From Candidatus Eiseniibacteriota bacterium (lineage in GTDB: Bacteria > Eisenbacteria > RBG-16-71-46 > CAIMUX01 > VGJL01), in contig CAWBWI010000006.1 of NCBI GenBank assembly GCA_963792585.1, forward strand, positions 64,001-128,000: a DNA stretch of 64,000 nucleotides, in the 5' to 3' direction. Of this stretch, positions 40,005 through 51,175 are shown in pieces. A program made the translations under genes and the position numbers. Positions within the stretch are counted from its first letter, which is position 1. Every line of letters begins with the position of its first letter. The notes below the pieces were generated by a model. It worked only from the letters and a program-made list of their open reading frames with translations, searched no databases and was not told the origin of the DNA.

Positions 40005-40640
40005 ATGTCTACTCCCGTGAAGCCGAGGATAGTCAGGGCGTTGAATGACCCAGGGGCAGCCTATCGTTACGGTGGGACCCTCCTGCGAGCGGCTCTTGTC
40101 CGCCTGCGCTACGCGTCTAACCCGCGGATCCGTCTTGGTCGTGGGCTCCTTGTCGCCCAGGGCCTCTCGATAGACGGACCTGGCCACGTGACGATCGGCG
40201 AAGGCGTTTCCGTCGACGGCTCTAGTCACACGGTCACTCTCCCAACTTATGCTGCAGACGCAGAAATCGTGATTGGGGATGGCTGTTTCATCAATGGAGC
40301 CAGATTCGGGTGCGCCCGAAAGATCATGGTCGGACGAAATTGTATCCTTGGCGATTGTCGCATCATGGATACGAATTTCCATAGCATATATCCAGGCCGT
40401 CGTGATGATCCGAGCTTGGTGCGAATCGCTCCCGTGACGATTGAAGATGACTGCTGGATCGGTGCTGGCGCCTTCATTCTCCCGGGAACGAAAATCCGCA
40501 AAGGAAGCACGGTAGCTGCCGGGGCGGTCGTCATGGGGCGCTTTCCTCCGTTCTCGGTGATCGCGGGTAACCCAGCACGAGTCATCCTGTCGGTCACTCC
40601 GGAGCATGAGGCTGAATCGCCGGAGACTCAAAGTCATTGA
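40005..40640 (+). CDS. hexapeptide-repeat (LbH) acyltransferase
   Basis: IGDGCFING, DTNFH, IEDDCWIG, AGNPARV. Confidence 0.9.
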   Translation: MSTPVKPRIVRALNDPGAAYRYGGTLLRAALVRLRYASNPRIRLGRGLLVAQGLSIDGPGHVTIGEGVSVDGSSHTVTLPTYAADAEIVIGDGCFINGARFGCARKIMVGRNCILGDCRIMDTNFHSIYPGRRDDPSLVRIAPVTIEDDCWIGAGAFILPGTKIRKGSTVAAGAVVMGRFPPFSVIAGNPARVILSVTPEHEAESPETQSH

Positions 40641-40751
40641 GAAGTGTGTCATGATACCCGCCGCAGGAAGCGCCCGCGCTCAAACCTCCCCGTCGGTCCC
40701 CCGTGCCGTGCGGGGCGACAGGATGGCACTGAAGCTGCGACAGGCAATGGG

Positions 40752-41864
40752 TTATTCTTCGCCTGCGCGAGAGCCATTCCCATGCTGTGTCCCTGAAACC
40801 ATCGCGGCGCGCAGAAGCAGACGGTTGAGCTTGAAGGCGAGCACACTCGGGGTGTCGTACCCGCCGATCAGTAGACGTGGCAGGCGCAGTGGCGCGGTCT
40901 GTGGGCGCGTCACCCCGTCCGCAGTGGTATAGCCTCGCCCGAAACCAGCCGCTTCCGCCGCTGCGAATACACGCTCGTCAGCATCGCCGTTCGGATAGGC
41001 GAGGTCATAGGGAGGGGTGAGCAGAGTTGTCTCGAGAAATTCATGAGAGGCACGCAACGCCTCCGCCAGCGCCGAGTCGTCCAGGTGGGTCAGAATCTCG
41101 TGCCGGTGCGCGTGCGAGCCAAAGTGACACAGGCCCGACGCCCGCATCGCACGGATCTCGTCGACGCGGAGCGGACGGCAATCTACCAGAGCAGCACGCC
41201 CACGCTCGCCGGTCGCCTCCTGGCAACGTAATAGAATCTGATCCACCACCGGGTGGCCCGGATTTCCAAGCGCCTTGATGTCAGCCAGTAGGCGGTGGAT
41301 GTCGTCCCATCGTTGCGGGCCGTCCGAGGGATGGAACCGGTATAGCTTCAGGCCAACCTCGCGAAGATCGAGTTCGCCCATGGCATCGGCTTGGATCGGC
41401 ACGGCCACGCGGTCGAACCAGAACGATTCTCCCGTTGCAGCGTGCCAGGTCGAGACGAAGAACAGAGCGGGCACTCCGTGCCGCTTCAGGATCGGCAGGG
41501 CGACGCGATAGTTGTTGACGTACCCATCATCGAACGTGAGAAGGAATCGCAAGTCGCTCGAGGTGGCGGCGGCGCGGCCAATTCCAGCGGCGCGACGTTC
41601 GCCTGCGTTGCCGTCGGTCGCGCTGCCGTCGCCGACCTCGGCAACTACGACAGGAAGCTCATCCGGAGTGATAAAGCGGCCGAATCTGGCCATCCAAGTG
41701 AGTTGACGATCAAACTCCCTCTGACGCACGCGCAACCAGTTGCCGGGTCCATTGTTGGGCCCGATGTCATGGTAGCCGAGAATCAGGACGGAGCCGGCGA
41801 GGCGGGCGGCGGCCAGACGTGTCAGCGCCGCATTGCCGAGAAAGCGTTTGAAGAGGGACTTCAT
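40752..41864 (-). CDS. polysaccharide deacetylase (NodB type)
   Basis: ILGYH, LTFDDGY, FGSHAHRHEIL, LAYPNG. Confidence 0.9.
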   Translation of the reverse strand: MKSLFKRFLGNAALTRLAAARLAGSVLILGYHDIGPNNGPGNWLRVRQREFDRQLTWMARFGRFITPDELPVVVAEVGDGSATDGNAGERRAAGIGRAAATSSDLRFLLTFDDGYVNNYRVALPILKRHGVPALFFVSTWHAATGESFWFDRVAVPIQADAMGELDLREVGLKLYRFHPSDGPQRWDDIHRLLADIKALGNPGHPVVDQILLRCQEATGERGRAALVDCRPLRVDEIRAMRASGLCHFGSHAHRHEILTHLDDSALAEALRASHEFLETTLLTPPYDLAYPNGDADERVFAAAEAAGFGRGYTTADGVTRPQTAPLRLPRLLIGGYDTPSVLAFKLNRLLLRAAMVSGTQHGNGSRAGEE

Positions 41865-42589
41865 GCCGGCAGCCAAACACGGCGGTGCTGGAGACGTCAA
41901 GGTCCATCGGCGGCAGGGCGGGAGCATGATTGACACCCGGAATACCCTCAGGTTGCGGTGGCTTGCGCTGGCTGTTGAGTGCACCAACCAGTCTCGCCAG
42001 GGCATCCCCGGGGCCGGTCCCCTTCCTATCGCGCACGAGCGATGAAGCGACAGATTCGGGGTCTTCGTCGCGGCGCAAACGTTCTTTGTGTAGAAGGGAC
42101 TCGCGACTGTCGGAAGCGTGGGTGGCACGGCCTGTACATGCGTCCCACGGTCATACGGGGCACCGGCGGAAGCCTCCCATAGAGATACTTCAAGAGGAAA
42201 CGGCCCTCCACGTCCACCTCGCAGTGTTACCCGGTCGGCCCCGGACCCTCTATTAGCCATCGAGATCACCGAGCCCGGAAACGGTTCTAGGGGCGAGGTC
42301 TGGATCCAGTCATAGGCGGAGTCGGCGCAGTGGGGGGCGCCATGTCCCGGGCGTAACTAAGCTGGTGGTATCGGTTTCCTGGCCCGAGTCATGGCCATCA
42401 AATGCGCAAGTGGTACAATGGCGTTTGTTCCCTCCGGGCGCAAGGCTACGCTGGTCCGGGCGAGCGTTGGACTTAATAACTAGCGGCAGTGGTTTGATGG
42501 CCGAGGACGCACCACATCAAGAGGCAAGGCCGGTTTCTTGCTGGCCGAATCTGAAGAAGGATTTTGGCACGGCTAGAGGTTGCCACTGA

Positions 42590-43839
42590 GTGGTTAGCAG
42601 ATCTCCGCCCAAACCTTTGGATGAACAAGTGGGGGATTTCCCGTTGGAGAAACCCATCGGGCTCATCGACAGTTTTCCAGAGTTCAGAATTGAGGACATC
42701 TGTAAGAACGACGGGCCCATGGCCAGAATTTGGCCGATTTCATTGGCCTATATGCTCTGGGCCGCAGCGCTGTCTACTGGGCTTTCCAGGGAATGGGCCT
42801 GGCGGAGATGACGCCAGCGTGGTTTCCCTCATTCCACTGTGGGGTTGAGGTCGAAGCTGCGGCTAACGCCGGATTCGATGTGCGGTTCTATCGCGTTCGG
42901 GAAGATCTCCAGGTGGACCAGGACGATTTGGAAAAGAAACTGCGGTCCCGGCCGGGCCCAGTTCTTGTCATCCACTACTTCGGCTTTCCCCAACCTGAGA
43001 TTCACCGCGTGGCGGAGCTGTGCCGTGCAATGGGCGTGGCGCTCGTCGAGGATTGCACCCATGCTCTCTTCTCCAGGGCGGGATCGGTGCCGCTGGGGGA
43101 CTTCGGGCCAATCGCAGTTTTCAGCTTGGCCAAGACCTTAGGGCTTTGTTGCGGCGGAGCCCTGAAGGTTGACATCTCGAAGTTCAGGTCCTGGGTTGGC
43201 CGCGAGTTCACAGCACCGGCCAAGACCCGCCCCGCACCCGAAGTATATCGGATTCTTGTCAAAGACGGTGTTCGGCGTCTTGTCGGACCCAGTACGACTG
43301 ACCTCTACAGACGCATTCGCTATGGTGCCGGCTCCAAGAACAACGGCCAGCCATCGATCGCCGCAAACCAGGAAGATATCGTCTATGAACTGCAAAGACC
43401 CGATTATCGCACTGGTTTGGCCTGGCCTTCGCGTCAGGTCATCAAGAAGGCTTTCCCCAGCCAGATTAGTGAACGTCGTACGGAGAACTACAGCAGGCTT
43501 GCTGGTCATCTTGCCGATGTTCCGGGCATGAGACCTGTCTTCTCCCGTTTACCGGAAGGTACCTGTCCCCTCGTTTTGCCAATTTGGGTCGAAGATCGAG
43601 ACGAACTTGAGAACCAGCTACAGAAGCTGGGAGTCCATTGTTATGTTTTTGGCCTGTGGCGATATCCTCTTCTGTCTGTGGACGCCTACCCCGAAGCACG
43701 TCGGGCAAGGCGGCATATTCTGGGTTTGCCGGTCCACCAGTACCTTAGCCGGAACCACATGGATATTCTGGCAAAAGAGGTTTCCCGCCTACTTCGTGCT
43801 CAGAGCCTTGTAGCGCCGAGTCGTCCCGCGCCCGCCTGA
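42590..43839 (+). CDS. DegT/DnrJ/EryC1/StrS-like PLP-dependent protein; probable frameshift near 42705-42730, start uncertain
   Basis: GRSA, PSFHC, IHYFGF, EDCTHA, FSLAKT, LPVHQ. Confidence 0.8.
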
Positions 43840-44137
43840 GATGGCTCCGCGCATGCAGGTTCACCTTGTTGGTTGATTCTGTGCCGTTTGGTCTGACATG
43901 GAGCGTAGTGATGCTGGTGCCCTCTGAGGACTTGCTGACTGGTTGAATGTGGCGTAGGTTGGCTTACTGCGGTCATGGAAGGGTAGGAACATACGGATGA
44001 ATAGGTCCCGATGCACGGAGGCGCCGCTGGAGAGGCTCACCGCTGGCAGCGACAGTCTGATTGTAGCAGAGCCCTTGCCACCGCATTGGTGGGTAACGAA
44101 CTAGGGCGACGCTCGATGCCGTGCGGAGGTAATACCA

Positions 44138-45274
44138 GTGGGCTTCAAGTTCATTCCATTCGACGATGCACACCGCGAGGCCTGGGACGCCTTTGTCGCT
44201 GTCAACCCACACGCATGGCCGGGCCAGGATACGGCGATCATCGATCTTGAACAAAGCTTCGGGCACGAGTCCTTCTCTCATCTTGCGTATGGCGACGATG
44301 GCAAGTTACTCGCCGTGGCACCGATGTTTCTGCTTGCGCAGCGTCAGGCCCGCTTCTTCCGGTTTCGCATTCTGAGCACCGGTTCTTCGCTTCGTGGAGG
44401 TCCGCTCCTGCGGGCCGACCTCTCCCCCAAGGTTCGTATGCAGTTCCTTGCGGCCTGGGCAGCCTGGATGGACGACCTCGCTCGTCGTGCACGGATCGAT
44501 CTCATCCGAGTGGCCTATCCGCATTTGATTGGCGAGCAGTTAAGTCGGGATTACCATGACTACTTCCCACTAAAGCACTTGGGGTTTGTTGAAGAGTCAC
44601 GTCTCACTCTACTGCTGGACTTGACCGTCACTGGCGAGCTATTTGATCGCCTGACTCCAGCATGCCGGAAGGCAGTCCGCCGCGCCCAAAAAGGTGGCGC
44701 GGAGTTTCAACCCGTCAATGAACGCGAAATCTGGGTCGGTTTCCATGACCTCAACGTCGAGTTTTTCAAGAACAAGGGATCCGAGCCATATTCAAAACAA
44801 TCGCTGGGGATCCTCTGGGACCGTTTTGTTGCTCGGGGGCTAGCCCATGCATTTTGCGTCCGTCATGAAGGGAAAGTCATCTGCGTTACCCTAGCCGTCG
44901 GAACCCAGTACTCTTCGTACGCATGGATTGGATTCTACAGGATTCCAAGACCGGTGGTTGGGGCATCTAACTTGTTGATGTATGAGATCATTGAATTCAT
45001 GCGCAGGAGTGGAAGGCACTATTTCGAGCTCGGTTCGCTGGAATTTGATGACCCATCTCAGCGCGCTATCAGCAGTTTCAAAGAGAGCTTCGGAGGGCGG
45101 CCCCACTATGGGCTGGAAGGAGTGCGTGTGGTGAACGAGCTCAAGCAAGCGTCGGTGAACTGGCTACGGGCGATGTCGATGACGCTCAGACGGAGAGCAC
45201 CAGGGACTGATCATACGAGTTCCACCGCCAATCATGATATCCTGGCTTCTACTGGCACAGTCGAAGTATCCTGA
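44138..45274 (+). CDS. FemAB/GNAT-family protein
   Basis: WDAFV, CRKAVRRAQK, ASNLLMYEII, FELG, FKESFGG. Confidence 0.85.
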   Translation: MGFKFIPFDDAHREAWDAFVAVNPHAWPGQDTAIIDLEQSFGHESFSHLAYGDDGKLLAVAPMFLLAQRQARFFRFRILSTGSSLRGGPLLRADLSPKVRMQFLAAWAAWMDDLARRARIDLIRVAYPHLIGEQLSRDYHDYFPLKHLGFVEESRLTLLLDLTVTGELFDRLTPACRKAVRRAQKGGAEFQPVNEREIWVGFHDLNVEFFKNKGSEPYSKQSLGILWDRFVARGLAHAFCVRHEGKVICVTLAVGTQYSSYAWIGFYRIPRPVVGASNLLMYEIIEFMRRSGRHYFELGSLEFDDPSQRAISSFKESFGGRPHYGLEGVRVVNELKQASVNWLRAMSMTLRRRAPGTDHTSSTANHDILASTGTVEVS

Positions 45275-45559
45275 ACGGCTTCGCCTAATTCAAGATCATC
45301 AATGGATATGCTAACGCATTCCATGGCTTCAAATCGCGCGATCCCCACAAGGTGATTTTGGCTATCAGCCTCAAGTGAATACCGGAAGGAGGCCTCGCCA
45401 TCCTACTAAGGTCCAAATCCATGATCACCAAAACCGTCATGGGCAGCGCCTGAACACCCGCCAGTACAGGAGGCTCATCCACGCGCGAGTGCTCCGACTG
45501 AACTGCCCGACGCCTGGGATTATGCAGATCATTCTTCTATGGCCGGAATTGAACTGGCG

Positions 45560-46338
45560 GGTTACGGTTCTCTTCTATGCCGGGTTTCTCCACTGGACGA
45601 AGTGGGCTTCCATCATTGCGGTGGCAGAGCAGATGAGGTTGACTTCGGATGAGGCACCCGCCATTCAAGGGCAGGCCATCCCTGGCGGACCTGCTAGACG
45701 GCAGGTCGAGCCCGTCGCGCACCTCTCCCTGGTGGAGACACCCAGCCAGGAGCGTCACGAGTACGGGACAGTCATCATCGATCTCGAAATCGACCGCGTT
45801 CTCCAGATCGGGGACAACCCGAACCAGGGGACAGTCGACGCCCACGGGACGAGTCTGAGTCCAGAGCAGTTCCATCCGCTCCTGGCGATCGCCATGAACA
45901 TGTGCGGGCCTTGCTTCCTTTCTACGCTCGATCACGTACCCGACGCCGAGAATATGACAGCCCTCGACACGTTACACGTCGCCCACCACCTGAATGATCC
46001 GGTCGACATCCTTCTCGCACGGGAGAATCCGGGACTCCTCTCGAAAGGCAAGGCCTGGCTCAAGGGCACGAAGTACACCTGGCTGAAACCCACCGGCCGC
46101 TTTCCCAAGCCCAAGCGCATCGCGTTGGGGCCGTCGCGCGCGGCCGTCCACTCCCGGAACGGAGGCCAGCCATGAATGCAAAGATCCAAGCGGTCAAGTG
46201 TCAAGCATGTGTCTCGCCGCTTCCGCAACCGCGAGCGGTTCAGGAACGCGCTGTACTTCAACGCCGGGGGTCTCGATCTGTACCGGGCACCGCTCCACCA
46301 CCTCCAATGCTTTCGCCCACACCAATCCCGAAAGACGC
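45560..46338 (+). pseudogene. degenerate ISL3-family transposase with internal deletion
   Basis: RHEYGTVIIDLE, IAMNM (MDM), DTLHVAHHLND, LKGTKYTWL, MNAKIQ, FRNRERFRNALYFNAGGLDLY. Confidence 0.8.
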
Positions 46339-46457
46339 ACTCCCCTTTGGCATTCTGGACATCGCATGTTCGTACAGGACCTACGCAGGCACCCAATCCT
46401 GTTTTGCCAATCCACACATGCGATCACCAGGGTGATGCAACGTTACGAGGAGGCAAC

Positions 46458-47553
46458 GTGAAGGTGCAACTCCAAGTCATCAATACTATCAACGGATTCA
46501 AGGATATCGCTCAAGCATGGGACAACTGCCTTCTCAGCATGTCCGCCCCCTCGATGTTCCTGACATCGCGTTGGTTAATCGCCTGGTGGAATGCCTGGGG
46601 ACACGACCTCAAGATGCACGTCCTGACCCTCAATGACGTCGATGGCATTCTCGCAGGCGCGGCCATTTGCTTTCATGGCACGAAATACTACGGGGTTCCC
46701 ATCAGGGAGTTCAAATTTATAGGCGAGCCGGCAGCAGACAGACAAGAGTTCATCTGCAGACCGCAGAACGAAGACATGCTCAATGAAATCTGGCGCGCTT
46801 TGGAGGCGCAAAGTCAGAATTTCGATATTGTCAGGCTGGAGGAGATCCCCGAGTCATCGAGCACTATTCTCTCTTCGAAAGGGCACTTAGCAAAAGTTGA
46901 AATCGAGCCATCTTCGCAGCTCCCATATTTGAGCAGTGTGCGAAGCTGGGAAGACTTTGAGAGAGGTCTCGCGTACAAGTTCCGATCGGAAATGCGTACA
47001 AGGGAGAAGGTCTTCGACTCCTGGGGAGAATGGTCGTTTGAAATAATCGATGGAAGTAACGTTGCCAAGTACGTCGGCGATATTGAGTGTGTGGAACGGG
47101 AAAGTAGGAAAGCCAGCAGGGGATACGCCCTGCTTTCGGATCCAAGGAATGCTGAGTTCATCAGGAGTCTTGTTACAACCGCCAATGACCTCTTTACCCC
47201 TCTCCTGTCTGTCCTTCGGCTTGAAGACAAGATCATCGGCTATCTGCTCGGCTTCCGATTCCGCCAGAAGTATTATGCCTACAACATGGCGTTCCTTCCT
47301 GAATATGCAAAGGGATCCCCTGGAAAGTGGATCATGCACAACACTATTCGCCATGCAGCGCAGATTGGCCTAGGTGAGTTCGACTTTCTGCGAGGAGCGC
47401 ACTATATTAAAATCTAAATGGCGACCCAAAGAGCGTCGAAACGTGCGACTTGTCATGTTCGGCCGGAGCCGGAAGGCTTGGGTTTTGCGGATAGCAGTTT
47501 TTCATATTAGACCATGGCTAAAGCGTCGTCGCTTCGCAAAGGTGACGCGATGA
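46458..47553 (+). CDS. GNAT-family (CelD/BcsL-like) acetyltransferase; +1 frameshift at the A-run near 47410
   Basis: GTG with GGAGG; WLIAWW, YAKGSPG, FDFLRG; removing one A restores YIKSKW and a stop overlapping the next ATG. Confidence 0.85.
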
Positions 47554-48713
47554 AGATCGCGGTTCTCTTCTTGGTCGAACACCTTTCTGATGGGGGAAGT
47601 GAAAGGCACATTCACGACCTGGCTAGTCAGATTGATTCTGAGAGATTCGAGCCTCATGTGATCTATTTCCAAGGAGGTCTCATGAGCGAACTCTTGGCCG
47701 ACAATGCTAGGGTCAAATTGCAGCCGCTTCCGCGAATACGGAGAACGGCCAGCTTAGCATTGCTCAAGACGATTCATCTACTAAGGACGTACATCCTGCA
47801 GAACGGGATCCAGGCGGTGATGACATTCCATTTTCTGGCCGACTTGTTGGGCACCAGCGTTGCTCTCGGTCTGCCTGGGCTGACTGTCATCTCCAGCCGC
47901 AGAGACATGGGGATGACGCGGTCGTTTCTTCAGAGGCAGGTCGGAAGGCTCGCAGGTTTCCGCATCGACAGGTACGTCGCCGTTTCCAAAGCGGTCAAAA
48001 TCGCCACGATGCGGCAGGAGGGCGTCGCGGAAAACAAGATTCTGGTTGTTCATAATGGCGCCGATCTTGAAGGGCTACTAAATCGGAAGTGGGATGCGGA
48101 CAGAGAACGGAGGCTTCTGGGCATTGCGGGGGAGGAAACCGTCATCGGTTGCGTCGCCAACTTTAACCCAGTCAAGGGACACCACACCCTAATCGAGGCA
48201 TTTGCGCGGCTGCAGAATCGCCTGCCAGATCACTCCGTCCGCCTGTTGCTCGCTGGCGATGGGCCAGCGCGCGCCACCATTGAAAAGGACATAGAGTCGT
48301 GGGGACTCTCTGCCAAGGTCATCTCTGTTGGGTATAGCTCCGATCCGTCGCGGGAATACCGAATCGCTGATATCATGGTATCAGCCTCCGATACTGAGGG
48401 CTTCTCGAATACTATCGTTGAGGCGATGGCATTTGCCAAACCTATCGTTGCCACGGCGGTGGGTGGTACGCCCGAGGCGATCGAGGACGGGGTCAGCGGC
48501 TTGCTGATTGCCCCACGCGATCCCGCCCGCCTTGCGAAAGCACTAGAACGCCTCATAGTCGACCCAGCACTTTGTCGCAGGCTCGGCGCCCGGGCGGCCC
48601 GGGATGCCAGAGAGAAATTTGGCCGGGGCCAGATGATAACAGCCATCGAGAACCTAATTGTCCTCGCGACGGAGAGCCGAAAATATGATCGGCAAGGGGT
48701 GACTTTGGTCTGA
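47550..48713 (+). CDS. GT4 glycosyltransferase
   Basis: GGSERH, SSRRDMG, VANFNPVKGH, EGFSNTIVEAMA. Confidence 0.92.
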   Translation: MKIAVLFLVEHLSDGGSERHIHDLASQIDSERFEPHVIYFQGGLMSELLADNARVKLQPLPRIRRTASLALLKTIHLLRTYILQNGIQAVMTFHFLADLLGTSVALGLPGLTVISSRRDMGMTRSFLQRQVGRLAGFRIDRYVAVSKAVKIATMRQEGVAENKILVVHNGADLEGLLNRKWDADRERRLLGIAGEETVIGCVANFNPVKGHHTLIEAFARLQNRLPDHSVRLLLAGDGPARATIEKDIESWGLSAKVISVGYSSDPSREYRIADIMVSASDTEGFSNTIVEAMAFAKPIVATAVGGTPEAIEDGVSGLLIAPRDPARLAKALERLIVDPALCRRLGARAARDAREKFGRGQMITAIENLIVLATESRKYDRQGVTLV

Positions 48714-48779
48714 GGCTGTTCCGGCTTTCTGGAGGCCGATTTCCTCCGTCTTCGGATCGCTCCGAGCCCTCAGCCCCGG

Positions 48780-49023
48780 CGGCCACGAGAGCCCCGTTTG
48801 GCGGGCGATCCCCCGAATCGAGCCCCCTGGCGGTAGAGAACTTTGACGTCCATCCAAACCTCCTGTCGGATCATTCGTCCCCCTCTGGCCAGGCTCGCTC
48901 CGCACGCCCAGCCAGAAGGGAGATTAGGGGACTAAACGAGACCCCGGCGGAGTCCCCCGATCCCCAACGAGGTGGTCTACTTTTCCGTGTTCACTTTGGA
49001 CCACTCTTGCATGTTCGTTTACA
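48780..49023 (-). mobile_element. IS21-family left end with truncated istA
   Basis: End TGTAAACG with internal repeats GTGGTCCA/GTAGACCA; MIRQEVWMDVKVLYRQG..SIRGIARQTGLS fragment from 48874. Confidence 0.72.
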
Positions 49024-50350
49024 GACCCGGCGCCGTGACCACGGATGCGTTGCACCGCCAGCGGTGCTTCATCCTCTTATGCTTGACCACGATGAATCGC
49101 CGCTCGACGACCGTCACCTCCTCGGCTTCCTCGCACTGGCCGGACATCTCACTCAGGGCTCCCCCGCAGACCGGACAGCTCCGATCCGTCTCGGGAAGCT
49201 CATGGGCCTTCTCGATGATCGGTAGCTCCAGCTGCGGTCTCGGTCCATGGCCGCGACGGGCCGTGAGGGCTTCCGACTCCGCCTCCGGAAACTCGCTCCG
49301 TCGCTTCTCGGAAGAATCGCCCAAAAGGGCTCACTCCCGCCGGGCGAGAAGCTCCTTGAGGAGGTCCAGCTCCGTCTGCGCCTTGGCGGCCTCTGCCCCA
49401 CGAAGACGAGAGAGCTCCCGGGAAAGCTCCTGGATCCGATCGATCAGACGCTGATTCTCGCGGTCCAGTTGCAGCGCAATCTGCCGCAAGACTTCGATGT
49501 CTTGTTCCTGATCGATCCGAATCATGTGCGGAGTCTGTCATGCTTGTACAAATGATGTAAGACTCTTTTGTACATATACAGGCGGACTCGGTGCAATCCG
49601 ACCGACAGCCGTACTTCCCTCGAGGAAGAGCTGCAGCTCACACATCGTCGATCCCAGAGGACCCGATCCCTTCTCCTGCCACAGACAGGCGAAGCGTCCC
49701 CGCTCGAGCCTCTTGGCATACACGCACAACCCCGTGCCGTCCCAGAACAGGACCTTGGCCCGGTGTCGATCCCGGCTGACGAAGACGAACAGATCCCCGC
49801 CCAATGGATTCCGCTTCAGCACTTCCACGACGAGCGCATAGAGACCATCAAACCCTTTCCGAAGATCTGCCGGGGTCCCATACGCGTAGACGGCGAGCTG
49901 CCGAGTGCTACCAATTATGCCAACCGGCGGAGCAGAGAAACCAGTGACTCCAGATCCAACCCCTCGATCCGAATCCCACTGGGCGTCGTGACGGTCACCC
50001 CCACCGCCGATCCCATCACGGGCTGGCGGGAGGTCACGATCTCTACGCGGCGGAACTCCGGATCGTGCGCTCGCCGTAACCAGCGGGTGAGGGTAACGGG
50101 GTTGACCCCGAGATCCCGACAGATCGCCAGGATGGAATCACCTCTCTGCCGGCCTGCCTTGGCGTAAGAGACGGCCTCCTGGTGGAGTTCTCTTGGGTAA
50201 CGAACCCCGCGGCCGGTCTTGCCCCGGAGATGCCGAAGAACCGTCGCCTGAAGTCTGCGTGCTCGATCATCCATCGTCGAACCTCCTCTCAAGGCCCAAC
50301 GATGACGATTCGCCTCATGCTTGACGAGACGGGGCGGGGCAAGCATTTAC
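49024..50350 (-). mobile_element. truncated IS66-family element (tnpA, tnpB, 5' part of tnpC)
   Basis: Left end GTAAATG at 50350; tnpA 49915-50274; tnpB 49538-49918 (DLRKGFDGL, KVLFWDGTG; start reads ATA); tnpC fragment with CPVCGG cut at 49024. Confidence 0.88.
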
Positions 50351-50404
50351 GTTCGTTCCCTTGGAAGATGCCCTATTGGCCCCTATCCAAAGTGGCCGCC
50401 CCGT

Positions 50405-51175
50405 TCAGGTGTTCAGCCGGGGCCGCACCTGGGTGATCGGTAACATCTTGACGAGCACAATGCTCTCGCCGGACATCGACCGCCTGAATTGGTGTCCATG
50501 GACTGCCTTCTCCAGTGCTTCAGTGCATCCGCTAACGTGGCGGTCGTGTAGTTCGATAACCAGTGCCCCGACCCGATCCATCCAGCTGCCCGAGTGTTCG
50601 AGCACTTCTTTCTCGCTGCCTTCGATGTCGAGCTTTAGGAGGTCAACACCCGGAGCGTCGAATGCAGACAGGATGCTTCCAATGGTAACGGCTCTAATGC
50701 CTCCACCTTCTGAGACGCGAAAGCTCCAGGTATCGGCTGATGGATTACTGATCTTCAGTGTAGTTTCGTGACTCCAGAGGCCCGCATGAATCGCGCTGAT
50801 GTTCGGAAATCTTCTGACGTTCATCTGGAGAGCGCGGAAATTGCCAGTGTCCGGTTCAACCGCGACGATCTTTGCGTCCGGGTACTTGGATGACAAGAAG
50901 ATCGCAGCGAGGCCGATGTGAGCCCCGGCGTCGATAATGAACTTGGGGAACTGAACGCCGATATCGTATTTTCGCATCCCGAACACTTCATCATAAACGG
51001 TAAGGTCCGCAGTTCCCGCTCTCAGATACACATTGCCGCAGACTTTGGTTGGGACGGCGATTGGTAGTCCCAGTAATGCTTTCGGGTATGTGGTCAGACC
51101 GAACGCGGTTCCGAATCGGTCTTTGGCCCAGCTGAGATAACCCCAGTGTGGCAGCCGTCTCATTAGTGTTTTCAT
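50405..51175 (-). CDS. FkbM-family methyltransferase
   Basis: IIDAGAHIG, AVEPD, LLKLDIEGSE, IELHD. Confidence 0.92.
   Translation of the reverse strand: MKTLMRRLPHWGYLSWAKDRFGTAFGLTTYPKALLGLPIAVPTKVCGNVYLRAGTADLTVYDEVFGMRKYDIGVQFPKFIIDAGAHIGLAAIFLSSKYPDAKIVAVEPDTGNFRALQMNVRRFPNISAIHAGLWSHETTLKISNPSADTWSFRVSEGGGIRAVTIGSILSAFDAPGVDLLKLDIEGSEKEVLEHSGSWMDRVGALVIELHDRHVSGCTEALEKAVHGHQFRRSMSGESIVLVKMLPITQVRPRLNT

Noticed and set aside
45375..46175. 266-aa ORF as a novel protein
   Set aside because: Reads as a decayed ISL3 transposase with altered catalytic motifs
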